The notes: generated by a model not told the origin, from the letters alone. DNA of 64,000 nucleotides from Gemmatimonadaceae bacterium (GCA_036008805.1 DASYMZ010000193.1:22887-86886); one strand, 5' to 3'. Positions 19,140 to 28,051 are shown, numbered from the stretch's first letter. Program-made: numbers and translations.

Positions 19140-20135
19140 TCAGTGCCGTGCGCCGGACATCGCGTCGAAGCGCCCAGCGCGCAGCTCCGCGCGCATGGAA
19201 TCGACCGCGTGAAGCGCGACTGGTGGGATGCGCGACTGAAAGGCGGGATTCACGATGAGCGTGACGACGTCACTCTCGGTGCCGAGACGGATGACGCGCG
19301 CTTTGAACGTGCGCGCTTTCACCTCGCGCGCGACGGTGAGGAATGCATGCGGCAGATCGATCACCACGCTGGCGATCGTGATCTCCGGCGCGACGGTGTT
19401 CTGGTTCGAATTGGATCCGACAACGAGCGCCTTCCTGGTTTCGCGCGCTGCCTGGAACACACCGAGTCCGGCCGCATCGGCGTTCTGGAAGATGACGTCG
19501 GCATTCCGGCCGATCTGCGCGAGCGCCTGCTCGCGACCGGCGCTCACATCGTCCCAGTTGCCGATGTAGGAGGTCAGCACGACAATGCTCGGCTTCACCG
19601 ACTTCGCTCCGCGTGCGAACGCCTCGAAGCTCTCCTTGACGGGCGGAAGCTCGGTGCCGCCAATGAGGCCGATGACGTTCGTCTTCGACATCGTGGCGGC
19701 GAGCATCCCGGCGAGATAGGACGCATCGGCGAAGGCGAACTCGATGCCGGCGACATTCTGGGCGGTGGCCGTGCTGGACGTGATCACGTAGACCGTCTTC
19801 GGAAAGTCGGGACCGACCCGTTTGGCGGCGTCCTGGAACTCGTATCCGTGCCCGAACACCAGGTCATATCCCTGCGCGCCGTACTGTCTGAACTGCTCCT
19901 CGAACTCAGCCGGCGTCTTGGTCTGGATGTGACTCACGGTTGCGCCGAGGCTGTCGCGAATACGAAGCAGACCCTGATACGCGCCGCCGTTCCAGGACTG
20001 GTCGCTGATGGGACCTGGAGTCAGTAGGGCGACTCGCAGGTGTGCGGCCGATGAATCCGAGGGGCGCTGAGACTGGCGCCCTGGCGAATCCCCCGCGCAC
20101 GCGACAGCGAGTAGAAGTGCGAACACCCACGCCAT
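19140..20135 (-). CDS. BMP-family (Med/PnrA-like) ABC transporter substrate-binding lipoprotein
   Basis: Lipoprotein signal MAWVFALLLAVACAG. GYDLVFGHGYEFQDA and IGLIGGTELPPV are typical of the Bmp family. ATG 20135 preferred over 20204. Confidence 0.85.
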   Translation of the reverse strand: MAWVFALLLAVACAGDSPGRQSQRPSDSSAAHLRVALLTPGPISDQSWNGGAYQGLLRIRDSLGATVSHIQTKTPAEFEEQFRQYGAQGYDLVFGHGYEFQDAAKRVGPDFPKTVYVITSSTATAQNVAGIEFAFADASYLAGMLAATMSKTNVIGLIGGTELPPVKESFEAFARGAKSVKPSIVVLTSYIGNWDDVSAGREQALAQIGRNADVIFQNADAAGLGVFQAARETRKALVVGSNSNQNTVAPEITIASVVIDLPHAFLTVAREVKARTFKARVIRLGTESDVVTLIVNPAFQSRIPPVALHAVDSMRAELRAGRFDAMSGARH

Positions 20136-20149
20136 GCATTGGCGGCCCG

Positions 20150-20237
20150 TGTGGACAACTGTGGAAAAAGTCTGTTTATCGAGATGGTCTGAAGCGCTAA
20201 CCATTTGCTCTGGCGAGAGTTAGACGATTGTGGACAA
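20150..20237. promoter_or_regulatory. Cluster of DnaA-box-like 9-mers
   Basis: TGTGGACAA at 20150-20158 and at 20229-20237 (reverse complement TTGTCCACA, 8/9 to TTATCCACA). TGTGGAAAA at 20160-20168. The exact 12-mer TGTGGACAACTG occurs twice, 79 bp apart. Confidence 0.4.
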
Positions 20238-20263
20238 CTGGATAGGCAGCACAGTAATCCGAG

Positions 20264-21217
20264 CTAATCGAAGTCGCTGCGATCTTTGCCGACGAGCAGG
20301 TCCATGAGGCGCTCCAGATCGTCGGCGCCATAGAAGGAGATTCGCACCAGTCCGCGTTCGTTCCCCAGACTCTGTATCTGGACATCGGTCTGCAGGCGCT
20401 TCCGCAACTGCTCCTCCACCCGGCGAGTCGCGGGATCGCTCTGGGGACTGGTTGCGAGATTTCTTTTCTGATCGGGCGATGATCGGCCTTTGGTGTCGCT
20501 ATTCTGGCTCAAACCGCGGGCCAGGGATTCGACTTCTCGCACGGATAGCTGCTTCGCCACGATCTCGTTCGCCAGCTCGAGCTGCCGCCGCTCGTCTTTG
20601 ATCGGGAGCAATGCGCGTGCGTGACCAGCGGTGATCAGGCCCTGCTCCACGAGCTGTCGAACGGCGGCGGGGAGGGTGAGCACCCGAAGTAGGTTCGTGA
20701 TCGTCGTCCTGTCCTTTCCTACCGCGTCGGCGACCTGCTGTTGGGTGAGGCCGAACTCGTCGATGAGTCGCTCGTATCCCTCAGCCTCTTCGAGGGGGTT
20801 GAGATCGGCGCGCTGAAGATTTTCGACGAGCGCGAGGGTAAGCATGGCCCGATCGTCGAAGTCTCGGATGACGGCGGGAATCTCCGTCCAGCCGATTCTC
20901 GTCGCGGCGCGGAGTCGGCGCTCTCCTGCCACGAGCTCCCACTTGTCGCCGGCGCGACGACGCACGACGATCGGCTGCAGCAGGCCGCTCGCCCTAATCG
21001 ACGCTTCAAGCTCGGCCAGCTCCGGCTCGGTGAAGGTTCGGCGCGGCTGAAAATGATTCGGAGCGATGTCGGCGATGCGGATCGTCTGTAGGTCGGAGTT
21101 GGGGCGCGCTGTTGATGATCCAGTCGCAGTTCCGCTCGCGGGCTCACGCTGCTGTTTGGCGGTCGAGATGAGAGCCTCGAGTCCCCGTCCCAATCGTCGT
21201 GGCGTGTCCGCGCTCAT
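20264..21217 (-). CDS. parB: Chromosome partitioning protein ParB (Spo0J)
   Basis: RLGRGLEALIS, IAPNHFQPRR and GERRLRAATRIGW (ParB box), plus HTH LTQQQVADAVGKDRTTITNLLRVL. ATG 21217 overlaps the parA stop by 4 nt. Confidence 0.92.
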   Translation of the reverse strand: MSADTPRRLGRGLEALISTAKQQREPASGTATGSSTARPNSDLQTIRIADIAPNHFQPRRTFTEPELAELEASIRASGLLQPIVVRRRAGDKWELVAGERRLRAATRIGWTEIPAVIRDFDDRAMLTLALVENLQRADLNPLEEAEGYERLIDEFGLTQQQVADAVGKDRTTITNLLRVLTLPAAVRQLVEQGLITAGHARALLPIKDERRQLELANEIVAKQLSVREVESLARGLSQNSDTKGRSSPDQKRNLATSPQSDPATRRVEEQLRKRLQTDVQIQSLGNERGLVRISFYGADDLERLMDLLVGKDRSDFD

Positions 21218-22053
21218 GTCGATGCTTCCTGTCCGTCGGCGCGCGAGGCCGTATGTGCCACGTGGCTCGTCTGCTCCACCGCAGGGGCCGCCTCGCGCCT
21301 CATGAGCTCTTCGGCGACGGCGATATACGCTTGGGCCCCGATGCTCTGTACGTCGTACAGGACAATCGGCTTTCCGAAGCTGGGCGCTTCGGCAAGACGG
21401 ACGTTTCGGGGCACCACGGTGTCGAATACCTGGGCGCCGAAATATTCGCGAGCGTCCGCAGCAACCTGCCGAGAGAGGTTCAGCCGAGCGTCGTACATGG
21501 TGAGCAGCACTCCGGCAATTCCGAGCTCGGGATTCACGCTGTGCTGGATCAGGTGGACCGTATTGAGAAGCTGACTGAGCCCCTCGAGGGCGTAGTACTC
21601 GCATTGGAGGGGAATCAGCAACGCGTCAGCGGCCGCCAGCATGTTGAGCGTGATCAGCCCGAGCGAGGGGGGGCAGTCGATGAGCACGAAGTCGTACTCC
21701 CCTTCAATGGCCCGAATCGCCTGCCGCATGCGTTGCTCACGGTCTGTCGCATCGACGAGCTCGACCTCCGCTCCAGCGAGATCGGGCGTCGCCGGAACCA
21801 CGTCGAGGTGCTGAAACTGGACCTGCCGCAGCCTGGTCTCGGCGATTCCCGCTTCGCCGATGAGGATGTCGTAGGTCGTGCGCCCGAAGGCGCCGCGGTC
21901 AATTCCAACGCCGCTCGTCGCATTCCCCTGCGGGTCACCATCAACCAGCAAGGTGCGTCGCTCGGCTACCGCGAGACTGGCGGCGAGGTTGACGGCGGTC
22001 GTGGTTTTCCCGACGCCGCCCTTCTGATTTGCGATTGCGATGACGCGAGCCAC
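21214..22053 (-). CDS. parA: Chromosome partitioning ATPase ParA (Soj)
   Basis: Deviant Walker A IAIANQKGGVGKTTTAVNLAASLA, followed by LLVDGDPQGNATS. Confidence 0.93.
   Translation of the reverse strand: MARVIAIANQKGGVGKTTTAVNLAASLAVAERRTLLVDGDPQGNATSGVGIDRGAFGRTTYDILIGEAGIAETRLRQVQFQHLDVVPATPDLAGAEVELVDATDREQRMRQAIRAIEGEYDFVLIDCPPSLGLITLNMLAAADALLIPLQCEYYALEGLSQLLNTVHLIQHSVNPELGIAGVLLTMYDARLNLSRQVAADAREYFGAQVFDTVVPRNVRLAEAPSFGKPIVLYDVQSIGAQAYIAVAEELMRREAAPAVEQTSHVAHTASRADGQEAST
21254..21269. promoter_or_regulatory. parS-like palindrome, copy 3 (inside the parA 3' end)
   Basis: TGTGCCACGTGGCTCG. Matches the reverse complement of copy 2 at 15/16 positions. CACGTG core as in canonical parS, TGTTNCACGTGAAACA. 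Confidence 0.45.
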
Positions 22054-22279
22054 AGGATGCTACCGTTGGGCGTCGGTGAGGAGCTCGGAGGGCCGCTCTG
22101 GCCATTCGAGAGGGAGAAACTCCAAGTCGGGCGTGACTCAGCTCGGACTGCGCTCTTTGCAGCGTCCGCCGCGCATGTCGAGGGACAAGACGCGGTCTTG
22201 CGCGCTGAGCAGACCCATAATGTACCCAATGTCGGATTCACGCAGGGTGGGATTGGGTCACAGTCAGCAGCCGAGGAAT

Positions 22280-22295
22280 AGTGTCACGTGGCACA
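22280..22295. promoter_or_regulatory. parS-like palindrome, copy 1 (upstream of parA)
   Basis: AGTGTCACGTGGCACA. Confidence 0.45.
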
Positions 22296-22306
22296 AGTGA
22301 GCCGGA

Positions 22307-22322
22307 TGAGCCACGTGGCACA
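22307..22322. promoter_or_regulatory. parS-like palindrome, copy 2 (upstream of parA)
   Basis: TGAGCCACGTGGCACA. One mismatch from the perfect palindrome TGTGCCACGTGGCACA. Confidence 0.45.
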
Positions 22323-22353
22323 TAAAAAGAAGAGTCCGCCTCTTGGCGGACTC
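22323..22353 (-). terminator. Rho-independent terminator of the SIMPL gene
   Basis: Minus strand: GAGTCCGCC-AAGA-GGCGGACTC followed by TTCTTTTTA. Lies 36 nt after the stop at 22389. Confidence 0.75.
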
Positions 22354-22388
22354 TCCCATTTCAGCAAATCGGGCCTACTCGACTGCCG

Positions 22389-23135
22389 TTACTGCTTGGG
22401 CACGAACTGCCAGCGAGCCGTGACGTAGACGTTCACGGTCTGCTGTCCAGGATTTATCGGCGTCTGCTCCACCATTGCCGCCTTGCCCCGCGATGCCAGG
22501 TCGAACATCGGTCGGGGGATGGAGGTCGGTCCCTGAGTCGAGAGCTCGAGCAGTCCGCCAAGGGTGCCACCAGCCGCGAGCGCCATCGCCTCAGCGTCAG
22601 CACGCGCGCTCGCAACGGCGAGCCCGATCGCCTGACGACGCGGCTCCTCGATGGAAGACGCGTAGAACGAGAGCGCGTTGATCATGTTGGCACCCGCAGC
22701 CAGCGCCGCATCGATAATTGGTCCGGCCTGCTCGACCCGCTTGGACTCCGCGCGTACAGAGTTCGTGACGACGTACCCGGACACCCGGGGATTACCACCG
22801 TCCTTGTCGTAGCGGATCTCCGGATAGGCTGAGAAGCCCTCGGTGGAGAGCTGATCCTTCGCCAGTCCGAGCCGAGCCAGCGCATCCAGCACGGCACGGG
22901 TGCGCTGAGCATTCTCCGATGCCGCGGCGGCAGCCGTCGTAGCGCGTGTCTGCACGTTCACGAGGACGGACACGCGGTCCGGTGTCACCTTCGTCTCGCC
23001 CTGCCCCGAAGAGACCAGCGACCCTGGAACGAAGGTCGACTGCGGTGGCGTCTGACCGAGAAGCGTACGGGGTGGTGCCACAAGCGCGGACAGAGACGCA
23101 ACTAACGTGAGTACACGAACGAGATCACGAGACAT
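22389..23135 (-). CDS. SIMPL/DUF541 (BP26-like) periplasmic protein
   Basis: Signal peptide, then VTPDRVSVLVNVQTRATTAAAAASENAQRTRAVLDAL and the C-terminal INPGQQTVNVYVTARW typical of the SIMPL family. Confidence 0.75.
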   Translation of the reverse strand: MSRDLVRVLTLVASLSALVAPPRTLLGQTPPQSTFVPGSLVSSGQGETKVTPDRVSVLVNVQTRATTAAAAASENAQRTRAVLDALARLGLAKDQLSTEGFSAYPEIRYDKDGGNPRVSGYVVTNSVRAESKRVEQAGPIIDAALAAGANMINALSFYASSIEEPRRQAIGLAVASARADAEAMALAAGGTLGGLLELSTQGPTSIPRPMFDLASRGKAAMVEQTPINPGQQTVNVYVTARWQFVPKQ

Positions 23136-23366
23136 GAGAACCTCAATGGATGAAGTGCAGAAAGAAATATAATTAGTATCACAACGTCACTAAATAGAGC
23201 CGCTTCGAGATCGTTCGATCCAGGGTCGTGGTCGTACGAGGCCCATCGGCCGTGCGCGTCCGAGTCGTGGTGCACCGATGCAGTGGAGACGTCGCCCACA
23301 CGAAGAGTTGCACACGATCACGCGCCACGCAGCCGACACATACGACGCACGCTGGCGCGCTGGAGT

Positions 23367-25418
23367 CTATGGCGCGTCGACGCGAGCCCAATCCGCACGC
23401 AGCGAATCACGGGAGACGCGCCAGAAACGCGGCGGAATGCCGTCAGCGTCGCTCGGGGGGCGGACGAGATACACCGGTCGAGATGGATAGCGCGCGAGCA
23501 ACACGGAATCACGCGCGTGCAGATCGCGAGCGTAGACCACGTTGTCCGACTCGGCAACGATGAATGGCAGATACACCGTGAAACCCGCGTGATCCTCCTG
23601 CAGACGGCGCACACATCGCGGGCCATATCGCGCGCCGGGCAGCACACGCTCGGACGAGTCGGCAGAAAACGGCGTCTGCACCACTCGCGCGGAATCGGCG
23701 AGCAGTGGAAGCAGAAGCGCACGTGCCGCCGCGTCGCGCCCACCCGTTCGCTCCAATGAATCCAGGCCGCGCTCGAGCGCGCACGCATCGACCCACCGAT
23801 AGAGCGCCTGCGCTTCAGGATGCGAGAGCCCGATCGCCCAGAGCCGAACCATCAGTTGCGCACCCCAGCTCTCTCGTACGAACACCAGCGCGTCGCGAAC
23901 ACCCGCCGCGCGTGCAGCGCCCTCGAGATCCCAACGCATCGTCTTCAAGCCGCTCCGATACTGATTCGCACGCAGCGGAATCGAGAGCCCCATCGCGATC
24001 ATCACGCTCACCACGGACGCGGCGACGAGAACGCGATACGACTCGCCCCGTCCCCACCGTGCGCGCCACTCCGCGAACAGGCGCGCGGACCAGAGTGCGA
24101 GCGCTGGCAGAAGACACATGAAGAAGCGTGGGCCCAGATAGAAGCCATCGTGCCAGTACGCGAAGTACAACACGACGAGTGCGCCCGACCCCGCGAGCAG
24201 GGTGCGATCCAATCGTCGCAGCCGAGTCGCGAGCGCGAGCGCGACGAGGCCGGCAACGAGCGAAGGCACGGGCGTCTCGAACAGATACGTCTGCAGCCGC
24301 AGAAAGTAGAGGCTCAGCAGCTCCAGCCCGCGAGCTGGCGTATGCGCGGCGCCCCATGGCGCCGCGTGAAATCCGATCGCGTGACTCTTGCCCCACATCG
24401 CTTCATACCCGAACAACAATGGCGCACCCGTGGTGTGCGCGTTGAACCAGAGCATCAGCCCGACGGGAATGGCCACGCCGGCGCCTGACGCGAGCAGCGC
24501 GCCGATTCGACGGCGATCGCGCAGCGCGGCCACGAGCAACGCGATCGCGATGGGCGCCGCGAACGCCGCGGCGTCGGGCGGGCGAATCGTCGCGGCGAAG
24601 CCAAGCGCGAGTCCGCACACGAAGCCCCAGCGCATTCGGATCGGCTGCGCCGTGTCCATCGCCGTCGCGCGCTCGAGCGCGAGCAGTGCCAGCACCACGC
24701 CGAGCAGCGTGGGCACGTGATTCATCTGCGAGCCGGACATGAAGACCATGTACGGTGCACAGGCGAACAGAATGGACGCGAGCAACGATACGCCGGGACG
24801 ATCGGGCTCGACGCGGCGCGTGAGCGACGCGAAGCACGCCACGGCGAGCGCGCCGCAGAGCGGGACGATCAGCCACACTGCTCTCAGGAGCACACCGACC
24901 GCGAGCACCGCGGGACCACCCGGAGGGAACTGGGAGAAGACGCGACCATTGCGCTCCAGGAGGAACAGAGCGCTGAACAGCTCGGGCACCGCGTCGACCG
25001 TGCCGGCGATGCGTCCACTCGCGAATAGGCGGGCTTGATAGAGCTGGATGACTTCGTCGACGAGCAGCGGACGTCCGCTGAACACATAGCGCGCCGAGAG
25101 CGCGTAGAGAGCGAACGCCGTCAGCGAGAGCGCTGCGGTGGTGCTTCGCGGCCGTCGCACCCAGACTCGAATCAGCGGCGCGAGTGCATCGCTGCGCCAG
25201 ACTGACGGGACTCGCCGAGCGACGATCGCGTAGAGCACGCCCGCGCCGAGTGCGATCGCACTCCCGGCCAGCCAACCTTCAAGGTCGCTCCCGTAGCGCG
25301 GCCACTCACGCCCACCCTGAACCCAGTTCACGACGGGAAGAAATCCGAACACGAACATCACCGCCGCCGCTGCGATCGCCCAGAGGCGACCCGAGCGAGA
25401 CGGTGGCGTGTCGCTCAC
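23367..25418 (-). CDS. GT-C fold membrane glycosyltransferase (ArnT/PMT-like)
   Basis: About 12 TM helices. DE motif in the first extracytoplasmic loop (PLLVDEVIQLYQARLFASG). About 190-aa C-terminal soluble domain. GTG start overlaps the mnmG stop (GTGA). Confidence 0.55.
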   Translation of the reverse strand: MSDTPPSRSGRLWAIAAAAVMFVFGFLPVVNWVQGGREWPRYGSDLEGWLAGSAIALGAGVLYAIVARRVPSVWRSDALAPLIRVWVRRPRSTTAALSLTAFALYALSARYVFSGRPLLVDEVIQLYQARLFASGRIAGTVDAVPELFSALFLLERNGRVFSQFPPGGPAVLAVGVLLRAVWLIVPLCGALAVACFASLTRRVEPDRPGVSLLASILFACAPYMVFMSGSQMNHVPTLLGVVLALLALERATAMDTAQPIRMRWGFVCGLALGFAATIRPPDAAAFAAPIAIALLVAALRDRRRIGALLASGAGVAIPVGLMLWFNAHTTGAPLLFGYEAMWGKSHAIGFHAAPWGAAHTPARGLELLSLYFLRLQTYLFETPVPSLVAGLVALALATRLRRLDRTLLAGSGALVVLYFAYWHDGFYLGPRFFMCLLPALALWSARLFAEWRARWGRGESYRVLVAASVVSVMIAMGLSIPLRANQYRSGLKTMRWDLEGAARAAGVRDALVFVRESWGAQLMVRLWAIGLSHPEAQALYRWVDACALERGLDSLERTGGRDAAARALLLPLLADSARVVQTPFSADSSERVLPGARYGPRCVRRLQEDHAGFTVYLPFIVAESDNVVYARDLHARDSVLLARYPSRPVYLVRPPSDADGIPPRFWRVSRDSLRADWARVDAP

Positions 25419-27367
25419 CGTGCGTCGCCGGCGTGCGAGGTGGCGTCGGCCGCTCGTCGGCGCTTCTCGATCTCGATCACCAGATTCTGTAGATCGGTCG
25501 GGCTGACGCCGGAGATCCCGGCGGCCTGCGCCAGCGAATGCGGACGTACCGCCGCCAGCTTCTGACGTGCCTCGAACGACAGGGACTGCATGTCGACGTA
25601 TGGCAACGCCGGATCCAGGGTGAGGCCGCCCATGCGGCGCATCTTGTCCGCCTGCACACGCTCACGCTCGAAGTAGCCCGCGTACTTGAGCTCCAACTCG
25701 GTGCTCACCACCGCGTCGAGAGGGAGATCGCCGCCGACTCCAACGGCCCGAAAGAGGTCGGCCAGCGCGATGTCCTGCCGGCGCGCGACTTCCGCGATAC
25801 GGACGCTGTGCGCGAGCGCGGCGCTGTTCGCCGGCGCCAGCACTGGAAGCGCCTCTTCCGGCCGAATGGACGTCGACTCCGCCAGCCGTCGTGCCTCGTC
25901 TTCCGCCGCGAGGCGTCGAGCGATCACCGCCTGCTCCTCGGCACTGAAGAGTTCGAGCGAGAGACCGATCGGCGCGAGGCGCCGCAGCGCATTGTCCTGA
26001 CGGACGGTGAGCCGGAACTCGGAGCGCGACGTGAAGAGCCGGTACGGCTCATCGACGCCGCGGGTCACGAGATCGTCGACGAGCACGCCGATGTACGACG
26101 ACTCGCGACCGAGGACGAGCGCCGGCGTGCCGAGCGCCGCCGCCGCCGCGTTGGAGCCCGCGACGAGGCCCTGCCCCGCCGCTTCCTCGTAGCCTGTCGT
26201 TCCGTTGATCTGACCCGCGAAGTACAGCCCAGGAATTCCGCGGACGCGGAGCGTCGCGTCGAGCTGCGTGGGTGGATAGTAGTCGTACTCGATCGCGTAA
26301 CCGGCTCGCGTCATCGCGACCTGCTCCAAGCCGGGAACCGACCGCAGGATCTCGAGCTGGACCGGAGCTGGGAGCGACGTCGACAGGCCGTTGACGTACA
26401 GCTCGCTCGTGTCGTGGCCTTCGGGCTCGAGGAAGAGCTGATGACGCTCCGCATCGGGGAAGCGGACGATCTTGTCCTCGACCGATGGACAGTAGCGCGG
26501 CCCCCGCGAGGAGATCGCTCCGCCGTACATCGCCGACTCCGCGATGTGCGTGGCGATGATCGCCTTGCCCTCGGCACCGAGAAAGGTGATCCAGCAGGGA
26601 AGCTGCTCAGGGTGACGCGTCGCGCCACTCGGCGAGCGTCGAGGCTCGGGCCAGAAGTGCGACCACGAGTAGTCGAACTGCTCGATCTCGCTCTCCTGTC
26701 GCTGAAGCACGTCCCAGCGCACGGAGCGGCCATCGATGCGTGGCGGCGTGCCCGTCTTGAACCGCGCGACCTGCAAGCCTGCTTGCTCGAGCTGTTCGGC
26801 GAGATGCGTCGCCGAGGTCTCGCCGGCGCGTCCACCGGCGAGCGACGTGGTGGTTCCGATGTGGATGCGACCACGGAGGAAGGTGCCGGTCGTGATGACG
26901 ACTGTACGCGCGCCGAAGCGACGGCCCTCGAGGGTCTCCACTCCAATGACGGCATCGGCGTCGAACAGCAGGCGCGCCACGGTGCCCTGAATCGTTCGCA
27001 GGCCACGGTGCTGCTCGAGCAGCGTGCGCACGGCGCGGCGGTACAGACCGCGATCGCACTGCGCGCGGGGGGCCCACACCGCTGGACCCTTGCTGCGGTT
27101 CAGCATGCGGAACTGCAGCGAGGCGAGATCGGTCGCGCGGCCCATGATGCCGCCCAGCGCATCCACTTCACGCACGACGGTTCCCTTGGCGACTCCTCCG
27201 ATGGCTGGATTGCACGACATCTGACCGATCGTCTCGAGCGCGCTCGTGATCAGCCCCGTCCGCGCGCCGCGCCGCGCCGCGGCGACGGCAGCCTCGGTGC
27301 CGGCGTGCCCCGCCCCGACGACGAGCACATCGAACTCGGCTTCGAACGACCGGGTTGATTCAGCCAT
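25415..27367 (-). CDS. mnmG: tRNA uridine 5-carboxymethylaminomethyl modification enzyme MnmG (GidA)
   Basis: FDVLVVGAGHAGTEAAVAAAR FAD fold, MSCNPAIGG, GPRYCPSVEDK, and a GidA C-terminal domain. ATG 27367. Confidence 0.95.
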   Translation of the reverse strand: MAESTRSFEAEFDVLVVGAGHAGTEAAVAAARRGARTGLITSALETIGQMSCNPAIGGVAKGTVVREVDALGGIMGRATDLASLQFRMLNRSKGPAVWAPRAQCDRGLYRRAVRTLLEQHRGLRTIQGTVARLLFDADAVIGVETLEGRRFGARTVVITTGTFLRGRIHIGTTTSLAGGRAGETSATHLAEQLEQAGLQVARFKTGTPPRIDGRSVRWDVLQRQESEIEQFDYSWSHFWPEPRRSPSGATRHPEQLPCWITFLGAEGKAIIATHIAESAMYGGAISSRGPRYCPSVEDKIVRFPDAERHQLFLEPEGHDTSELYVNGLSTSLPAPVQLEILRSVPGLEQVAMTRAGYAIEYDYYPPTQLDATLRVRGIPGLYFAGQINGTTGYEEAAGQGLVAGSNAAAAALGTPALVLGRESSYIGVLVDDLVTRGVDEPYRLFTSRSEFRLTVRQDNALRRLAPIGLSLELFSAEEQAVIARRLAAEDEARRLAESTSIRPEEALPVLAPANSAALAHSVRIAEVARRQDIALADLFRAVGVGGDLPLDAVVSTELELKYAGYFERERVQADKMRRMGGLTLDPALPYVDMQSLSFEARQKLAAVRPHSLAQAAGISGVSPTDLQNLVIEIEKRRRAADATSHAGDAR

Positions 27368-27480
27368 GAGCGGAAGATAGCGTCGACGCCCGGCACTCGT
27401 GCGAGCGCGGCTTCCGGGTGGATGACCGCGTCGCATTGGGATACCTTCGCCCGAACCGATCCTTTCTCCGGAGCGACTCG

Positions 27481-27795
27481 ATGCCACTTCTGATCTCGCA
27501 GGGCGTCCCGACGCTCTTCCTTCGCCGAGAGTCGTACGAGCGTTCGGGACTCACCCGAGCCTCACTCGACGAACGTCTCGGACTCACCGACGCGGAGTTC
27601 CGCGTGGAAGGCGCGCTCGTCGCCCTTGGCCCGATCTACGACGTCGACGCGCTGGGGGCGCTCGTGGACGAGCTCGAGCAGATCGGGCTCGTGTACTACG
27701 ACGACTATTTCGAGTTGAGCGGAAGCTGGCCCGAGTGGCTCGCCGTCTTCGTGAGCGCGATCGACCCAGGCGCGGGCGCTACGAAAGCTTCGTGA
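27481..27795 (+). CDS. Hypothetical small cytoplasmic protein
   Basis: ATG 27481 with GGAG 7 nt upstream. 104 aa, acidic (…LVDELEQIGLVYYDDYFELSGSWPEWLAVF…). No family recognised. Confidence 0.45.
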   Translation: MPLLISQGVPTLFLRRESYERSGLTRASLDERLGLTDAEFRVEGALVALGPIYDVDALGALVDELEQIGLVYYDDYFELSGSWPEWLAVFVSAIDPGAGATKAS

Positions 27796-28051
27796 GCTCC
27801 GGCGCGGTGGCCGTCGGAGTGAGTGGGCCGCGTCTCAGCATGCCGTGCCACCCGCACTCGTAGCACCAGCTCGTGCGAAATCGCGGAAGCAGACGATTGA
27901 GGAGACGCGATTCCACGCGCAACGTCACCGCGTCACAGTTCGGACAGCGGTCTCCCTCCGGCAGGAGGAAGAAGAAAATGACCGTTGCGGCGATTCCGCG
28001 GAGCACGAAGAACCCCACGAAGATCAAGCCGAAAATCACTGCGTCCGACAT
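27779..28051 (-). CDS. Small membrane protein with C-terminal zinc-ribbon (CxxC...CxxC)
   Basis: MSDAVIFGLIFVGFFVLRGIAATVIFFFLL forms a TM hairpin, followed by CPNC...CYEC. 90 aa. The 3' end overlaps the convergent 27481-27795 gene by 17 nt. Confidence 0.45.
   Translation of the reverse strand: MSDAVIFGLIFVGFFVLRGIAATVIFFFLLPEGDRCPNCDAVTLRVESRLLNRLLPRFRTSWCYECGWHGMLRRGPLTPTATAPELTKLS

Noticed and set aside
16808-20027. Long plus-strand ORFs (520 aa and 583 aa) antisense to the ABC ATPase, NIF3 and BMP genes
   Set aside because: Translations are low-complexity (R/A/G/D/E-rich) with no motifs. The opposite-strand genes carry unmistakable family signatures. These are antisense shadow ORFs expected at this GC content.
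20136-20263. Calling this gap the complete replication origin (oriC)
   Set aside because: It has only three DnaA-box-like 9-mers in 128 bp and no clear AT-rich unwinding element. I report it as a DnaA-box cluster to be tested, not as oriC.
25538-27358. 606-aa ORF antisense to mnmG. Similar antisense ORFs: 3436-4989, 6555-7646, 8895-10001, 31643-33607, 41752-44402, 53749-55458, 55942-57858, 59137-61748
   Set aside because: All lie opposite strongly supported housekeeping genes. All have Arg/Gly/Ala/Pro-dominated, motif-free translations.
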